From Tubiluchus corallicola (Eukaryota > Animalia > Priapulida), in NCBI GenBank assembly GCA_030141605.1, contig JAQGDQ010000032.1, positions 186,001 to 250,000 of the forward strand: 64,000 bases of DNA, written 5' to 3'. Made by a program: the position numbers and the translations under genes. The notes under the pieces are model-generated. The model did no database searches. It saw nothing but the letters and a program-made list of their open reading frames with translations, and had not been told where the DNA came from. This document shows positions 57,201 to 64,000 of the stretch, piece by piece (position 1 is the stretch's first letter; each line of letters starts with the position of its first letter).

Positions 57201-58921
57201 ATACAAATATATACACGAATATAGAGTAAGTCTGAGTCCTATATAGTTTCAAAACGAAACATAGCTCACAGTAATACGACGCATAATATGCCTATTTTTA
57301 TTTTTGTGAAAACTATTTAAGATTAGGTTTTTCACTCGAGTCCTTCATTAGTGGTTCTTAGCATCTTCTCATAATTCGTTCTCAATGGAACACTTTGTGT
57401 GACTACAAGTAGCACGCCGGTGGAATGATTTAAGTAAAATTAAAGACTTACAAACTAGCAGGGAAGAACTACAAGAGAAAATAAATCGTACTGATGATCC
57501 TTTGATAAATGGTTTCAACTTATCTTAGGCAAAGGCCCGCGAGGTTTATAATCCGGCCTGATAAATGTACCCATTGCAGCTTTCAAAAACATATAGTTAA
57601 GTCTTATTATCTTTATGTGATAGTAGTACATCCATTTGAATGTCTATTTCGCGGGCTTTAACCCTAGGGTAGAGAAAGTCACGGTGTGCTCATTCTTAGG
57701 GAAGATATACGGGCAAAATGCAAAAGCAGCATTCGGGAATAAATTATAATTACTTGCAGCCTGTGGCTTTGTCAATAATTAATTGAAATTCACTTTACAA
57801 TGGGGTGGGTTTGAAAGACCGCAAAAATACATGGAGAAATAAACACGAGTTATTGAACGCTTTCATTAACGCAAGCAAAGCATTGATATTGATAATTTAT
57901 GCACGTGTGAAAATTAAATGACGCAAGGAAATCACACAAGACGGATCTTTGTAAACACTACTAAATCACGCTAATGCTCGTCATGCAAGCAAAGTTGCTA
58001 ACAACATTATCAACTTTGATGTTCAGTGGGACAAGAGCATTATAACAGTTAACCAAGGTTTACTGGGGAAAATAATGTCAAGAGCAAGAAGATATGAATA
58101 ACTGACATGGAGTAAAAAACTGTTAAGCAATTACCAATAAACAATGAACAATAATTTAATCTGTAAACCTGTTTCCTAAATCACAGACAACCAGGCTCTT
58201 AAATAAACGAGGTCAAAATTATAATACTGCTCGTATGAAATACAATATGCAAAATATACATATACAAAAATAACAGAATTAGGAAAAAATATATTAGGTC
58301 AAAATGCCCTAAAGTGATAGGAACAAAAGAAGCATCAAACAAGAGCATCTAAACTTTTCTGCACAAGTTTTTTGCAATTTAAAATAATTATTTAGGAATT
58401 ACTTTACAACTTTTTGTATACAAATTATTCCTAAACAAATAATATCCATGTTTCTTATTATTCCACTAGAATTATTTCAAATAAAAAATTAACATAAAGC
58501 TAACCTATCCTCCAATGTATGAAAATAATAATAACATGAACAAAATTAGTGGCGAGGGGTGCACTGTTTATAGACTTGTCTTACAGATCATAAGAATTTT
58601 GATCAATGTCAAACAGTTTTTGTAAAGTCAATAATCTGAATGTTGTTATTTGAAAAATGAATCAACTTACAAGTACTAGTAGTCACAACAAAAATAAATG
58701 CTGACAACATACTGTTGTATAGAATTAAAAGTATGTTGTTATTACTGCTTATAAATCTCTACAACAGTATGTTGTGAGTGTTTACTTATGCCTTGGCAAT
58801 AGATTTCGCTTTCTTTCTCTGACATCTATTGCAATGAACTAAATAACAAACACCAAGCAAGGACAATTCAGATAACCATTAAGTCAACCAATGCTCAGTT
58901 TTAATGAGTTATTAAAGATCA

Positions 58922-60043
58922 CTAGTCACGAAAGAACATGTCTAGAATGTCTTTATAACGTTCCTTCGACTGGCCAGAAACTTCATGATATGTCTTACCC
59001 ACACTTTTCTTCTTTTCTTTCACATCCATTTTTCGATGCTGTTCACCATCCACCACGAAAGAAAGTTCGCCTGTAGATTCACAGCCACTTTCATTGAATA
59101 TAGCCATATTTCCTCTGTGGACTCTTGTTTTTTGATCACAGACATTTTCAACATGAGCATCACTACATAGTTCACTAATCTTCTTAATAAGTTGTTTCTC
59201 TTTTGCCAATAACTCTTTCTTAAGGGCTTGTTCCTCATCCCAAAGGTCATACAGGGTGTATCCAACACTTTTACTATCACCGCGTGCTAATGCACCTCTA
59301 GAGCGTGACAGCAGATGTTCATCTGTATTTTTGTTCTCCAAACACCGTTCTCTAAATTTGTAAAATCCAAGGTGTTCATTTTCCGTTTTCTGCATGCGAT
59401 GATTAACCATTGCTGTATTTATGATTGTTCTTGAGTCAGATTTAGGCAGGTTGGATGGTACTTTATTCCTTTGCTTCAAATGATGTTTTTCATTCATAAA
59501 ACTTTCTGCTCTGTTTAATGCCTGTTGTTCATTAATGAGTTTCATAACATCGTTCTCTTCGAACTGTGCTTCAGAATGTCGATCATCGACATTTTTACTA
59601 GACACCTTCCTGTTTAACATATTTGGTTGTCTGAGAGAGTACATTTGTTCAGGTGATTTATCAATTCTGTTTTCACTTTTTCTGAAGGAAAAATCACCAA
59701 ATTCATCACCACATTGTCGTGTAATTTCATCACTGACCTTTGAAGACTCTATGCCATATCCATTTCTATGAAAACAAGTTGACTGAAAATGCTCTGTTCC
59801 ATCCTCATTTGCCAAATGCGGGAAACTCTGACAATGGTTGATAGTGTCTTGCTGCATATTAAAGCGATCTTCACCTACAGACAATGGAGAATTGAAATAA
59901 TATTTTGCTCTATAATCATAGCACATGTCACCTACTGGTCGATCTCTCATCACATGTTTATCAGCAACCGGCAGTGGATCAAAATTACAGGTGAAATCCT
60001 GTGATAACTTTTGGGATGCTCCAGTGACGTCCGATTTGGTGCC
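58922..60043 (-). CDS. Terminal exon of the minus-strand gene (373 aa plus stop)
   Basis: ctttcccatag|GTKSDVTGASQKL... is in frame with the 343-aa ORF; contains a short coiled-coil LWDEEQALKKELLAKEKQLIKKISEL. Confidence 0.85.
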   Translation of the reverse strand, partial: GTKSDVTGASQKLSQDFTCNFDPLPVADKHVMRDRPVGDMCYDYRAKYYFNSPLSVGEDRFNMQQDTINHCQSFPHLANEDGTEHFQSTCFHRNGYGIESSKVSDEITRQCGDEFGDFSFRKSENRIDKSPEQMYSLRQPNMLNRKVSSKNVDDRHSEAQFEENDVMKLINEQQALNRAESFMNEKHHLKQRNKVPSNLPKSDSRTIINTAMVNHRMQKTENEHLGFYKFRERCLENKNTDEHLLSRSRGALARGDSKSVGYTLYDLWDEEQALKKELLAKEKQLIKKISELCSDAHVENVCDQKTRVHRGNMAIFNESGCESTGELSFVVDGEQHRKMDVKEKKKSVGKTYHEVSGQSKERYKDILDMFFRD

Positions 60044-63000
60044 CTATGGGAAAGAGTACTACCATTACAATTAATTGCCATCTAACATTCAAAATAGCCC
60101 ATTTACATTACTTTTAGATAGTCAACTACAGGTCAAATTAAAGCAGAAAACTTAATTACTTCTCATGGTGCACACCGATTGCAAAATGTTTAACTTTTTA
60201 GTCAAATGATCCGGGAAAAGTGAACATTAATGTGTTTGATTGTTATAATTATTGTCTATTTATATATATATATATATAACGCAAGTATGCACCTGATGTG
60301 AATAATAATTTGACCGTTCAGCAGGAAGAGCAGATGCAGTACGTCTCAAATCATATACAGCTCTGCCATCTTGGAATGGTTGGCCAATCTGCCCATGAAA
60401 CACTGCAGACAAACTCCGCCTTGATTCATGGCCTCCATAAGATGGATGGCGATCATTCTCCACGGCTGCAGCAAGGTCTGACTCATCCAAAGACTGATAA
60501 ATCTGAAAGTAAATTGACCTTTTGACTTACTAAGCAAAATCCAGTTAAGTTGAAAATTCTAACTGACCCTACAAAAACTAATGATCAGTAAAAAGTCTCT
60601 TTTGCTTTCATACATTCTTCTCTTTGTGTCCAATTTTTCCTTCCCCTTTCTCTCCTCATAATGCCACTTGTAGCTTTTTATCCCAGTTTGATCTTCAGGC
60701 TTTCTTTTTTTGCATCCTCTCTATTCGCACCCATGCACCTTTCTCTCCTTCGCTTTCTTTCACTCTTTCTGGTGTCTCTTTCCCTCATTTCTGGCATTTT
60801 TTTCTCACTCATTTTCCTACTTCTTTTCCTTCTTCTTTTCCAGCTTTGATACAACTGCTGATACACTGACAGTACATTATATTTTAACCATGACTATTAA
60901 CCTGATTACAGACAAAATTTCATAAAAAACATTTTAAAAACTCTTCAAACCTAACTAGTAAAAAGGAGTTAAAATAAATTACTGCCTTTTAAATGCTGAC
61001 ACATACACTACTATTGATTGAGCAGCAGCTACTTTCATAGTACTACAAAGAGCTGTCGATAACCCCAGAAAACCAAAAGTGGATTAACTACTGGCATATA
61101 TAGATTTATTACAAGGAAAATTATCAACTACAGTCAAACCTACTCTGACACTGCAAAAAAGATGGCATTACAGTGATGTACACTACTATATACATGTCTA
61201 TGTAAATACAGACATTTTGTTTTGTTAAAAATTTGGGCGTTAAGCAAGGTTGGCATTGTAAAGGGGGGCATTATACTGAGGTGTGATTGTACAACTGTTG
61301 AATAAAGGGATGGTGTATTTTACAGGCGAAAACAAATGACAGGAGTGCTTAACATCGTAGGAAAAACAATGATGATGAAAGATGGTGATACAATTTAATT
61401 CACCATGATAAAAATATTAAACATATATGTGGTGCAATTAGGGTTTTTACCGTTTTGGAGTATTTCTTTGGAACAGAACGACGGCATTTACCACCCTCTG
61501 GCTCTTCCTGCAACAAATCTGACACTCTTTCAAGTGATTTTTCTTCAACTTTTTGTGCTTTTATACCTGCAGTCACCTAGTATGTAAAACAAGCATGTAG
61601 TAAAGGTCTGGTGGCTAAAGAAAAATGCCGGTATGCTTCTGGTGTGTTAAAGTAGATGGCACTGTCTTTCAGGGTGCTTGAAGTGTCTTAATACAGATTT
61701 GTCGTATAAGTTTTTTAAAAAAATAAAGCCACCAGTGCACTTTTCTGTGTTTGAGGTACATTTTACGAGACTTTTTTAGCAAGTAAAACTGATTTCAGAC
61801 TAAAACATGCAAGTTTTTGTACATTAAAAACAATTAGTACAATCATTAGTACAATAATGTACTGAAATACAATACTGTACATATACAGAATAGGTTAATG
61901 TATCCGATCCCAGTTGACATTTATTTCTCAAGCATCTTCCGATATGCTGTCTGCTTTTGTAACACTGGATAGCATTCAGTTTAAATAATAAATGTTTGGC
62001 TGTTTTTTTTGTTCGTACTGTTGTTAACTAAAACTGCATATTGAAGTGCTTATAATTAGGCAGATGTAAAGGATATATTGTGTGTAAGCACACTGCTGAT
62101 GCAGCTATTATTTCATTAACCTTGCTGGTGTAATTTCTTTGAGCTGATCGACTCAGTTTACCATCACCAAAACGGTCCTTAATAAACTCGTCTTGCAATA
62201 ATTCAGGGGTCACATAAAGACCAACACTTTCTCCAGGCAAATTATTTGTTTGTGTATTTGCTGTTGCAGTCACCTATAAACAAATTTAATTCTTTTCAGA
62301 CAAACTTTGTAAAAAAGGACAATAAAGCAACAAACAAAAACAAGCTAAATGGAAGTTACAACAAGGATTGAACAATTTAAACATCAATATTAGTGTTTAA
62401 GCAGAAGAATATCACAATTAATTAAATGATAAATTTGCACTGCAGTTAAATTATAAGCAGTTTAATCAGAAGAATATCACTATTAATTAAATGATAAATT
62501 TGCACTGCAGTTAAATTATATTTGCCAAAATACTCTTTGGCAAATGTTTATTATGATTTTGCTGCTGTCATTCATTTCATTGCTGAATTTAGTTCATTTG
62601 AACTTTAATACACAAAACTTTATGCATCATTAGAGTAATTGTTGACAGTAAGATTTATTAAATACTCACGATTCTCTAACTGAGTTTAACTCAAATTCAA
62701 AATAGTTAAACTAGAATGACCCTCACAAATAAAATACATTGCTCACTTAACGAACTACAACTGTCAATTTTGAAAAACAACACAACCTAATGACTGATGT
62801 CACTTTTCACAGAAAAATTAGGTGCTAATCATTTTATAAATAATACACACAAAGCTGATTTTGCTCGTAAACAGCGCCAGCGGCTAATAGAACCTCACTC
62901 ACTGAATTCGTCTTATTTCAGTAATCTGCTTAAGTTTCCACACAAAAGATGTGTGGAAAATTTGATGCTAAAAACACTATAACATACGCTATTAATATAT

Positions 63001-64000
63001 AAGCTACAGACATGCATTTTGAAAGTCTTAGCCAAGATAAAGATGAAAAAAACAGTGAAGTACAGTTTGATAATTCTTTTCCTTTTTATTAACCAACAGA
63101 AATCAATCTCACATATAAAAAAATTCTCAGCGAATGTTCAGCTTGTGATTTCATTAGCAAACTTGATATCGCCGCATAACGTAACATAGTCAAAGTTGTA
63201 GTCGAGTACAAGCTACGCCTTTAGAATTATTTGTATGAATTTGTCCAGTTATTAAACACTTTGGGCTAGACTAGAACATTTTTGTGTTTTGGGGTTATAA
63301 TTCCAAATGTTTATATCAAGAACGAAATAACACAAAATCAACTAAAATAAACAGATGGGCTAGAAGGATTGGAGAGATGGAGGAAAGATTGGCAGACTCC
63401 ATTTTAGTTGTTACCCCTACTGCAGGACAACAATCCTGTTGAGTTAACTTTAGAAAATTTACGTAGAACCGTGACTTTGTACTACATCTAGCATATGCTC
63501 ATCTTCAAATCATAAAACTAACAATGCATGTCAAACAAAAATAAGTTACTCGAAGCCATAATGTATTTCATTTATGCTATATTTTAATACGAGTGACAAT
63601 CATACATTCTAAAATCATTTCAATGGGCCAGCAACAAGCATTTCAATGGGCCAGCAACAAGCAAGGTAAGTTGAATCAGTTGGAGTTAGATGGCCATGCC
63701 ATAGCAGCCACATGTATGACATCAGCTGAATTAAAAAATGCAGTTAGTTGACCAGAGTTGATCATGTGTCAACAGCACTTTAGTAATACTATAGTATAAA
63801 TACAAGTAAAAATGTTCCTAAACTAAAACTAGAAATGAAATATTTATTAAGTTGCAAAAAGATACAGATCAAGAAACAAACCTGTTTTGATGCTAAAAGA
63901 CCTGAAAATGACTTCAGTAATCCATCCTGCTGCTTGACAACTTCCTTCTGGCCTTCTTCCAGCAATCTTTGACACTCCTGATATTGTTTCTGAAGACTTG
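58922..64000 (-). CDS. Uncharacterised protein, 3' part (5 exons visible; gene extends beyond the window)
   Basis: complement(join(58922-60043,60293-60502,61451-61576,62121-62273,63882->64000)); all introns GT-AG and phase 0. The first visible exon is coiled-coil-like (SLQKQYQECQRLLEEGQKEVVKQQDGLLKSFSGLLASKQ). No domain recognised. Confidence 0.75.
60293..60502 (-). CDS. Internal exon of the minus-strand gene (70 codons)
   Basis: tttactttcag|IYQSLDESDL...YYSHQ|gtgcat. Confidence 0.75.
61451..61576 (-). CDS. Internal exon of the minus-strand gene (42 codons)
   Basis: catactag|VTAGIKAQKVEEKSLERVSDLLQEEPEGGKCRRSVPKKYSKT|gtaaaa. Confidence 0.7.
62121..62273 (-). CDS. Internal exon of the minus-strand gene (51 codons)
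   Basis: ttgtttatag|VTATANTQTNNLPGESVGLYVTPELLQDEFIKDRFGDGKLSRSAQRNYTSK|gttaat. Confidence 0.7.
62403..62520. repeat. Direct duplication of about 53 bp
   Basis: agaagaatatcac(a/t)attaattaaatgataaatttgcactgcagttaaattata occurs twice. Confidence 0.9.
63882..64000 (-). CDS. Partial exon of the minus-strand gene (runs off the window)
   Basis: Open frame with heptad-like composition ending CAG|gtttgt. Confidence 0.7.

Noticed and set aside
60600-60870. Purine-rich minus-strand ORF (KRRRKRSRK...) within the last gene
   Set aside because: Low-complexity GA-rich intron sequence with in-frame stops; the flanking exons join in frame without it.

Overview
AT-rich, intron-rich animal genomic DNA with many microsatellites and transposon relics; no prokaryotic features. 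Most ORFs in the supplied track are repeat artefacts. Reading splice sites by hand gives three genes. (1) A complete 7-exon secreted four-domain Kazal protease inhibitor (+, 4449-13966, 295 aa). (2) A complete 4-exon neuropeptide precursor that the ORF track misses entirely (+, 20188-54295, 136 aa, about 29 kb first intron). It encodes a signal peptide followed directly by SCASFGQSCLGGF-GKR, a CCHamide-type peptide in which both usual His residues are replaced (Gln internally, Phe at the amidated C-terminus). (3) The 3' five exons of an unidentified convergent gene (-, 58922 to beyond 64000). Introns and intergenic DNA carry solo LTRs with target-site duplications, MITE/foldback elements, LINE fragments, 5S/tRNA-derived SINE fragments and a decayed LDLa-domain relic. 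The gene models are manual predictions without transcript support, and the species is unknown.
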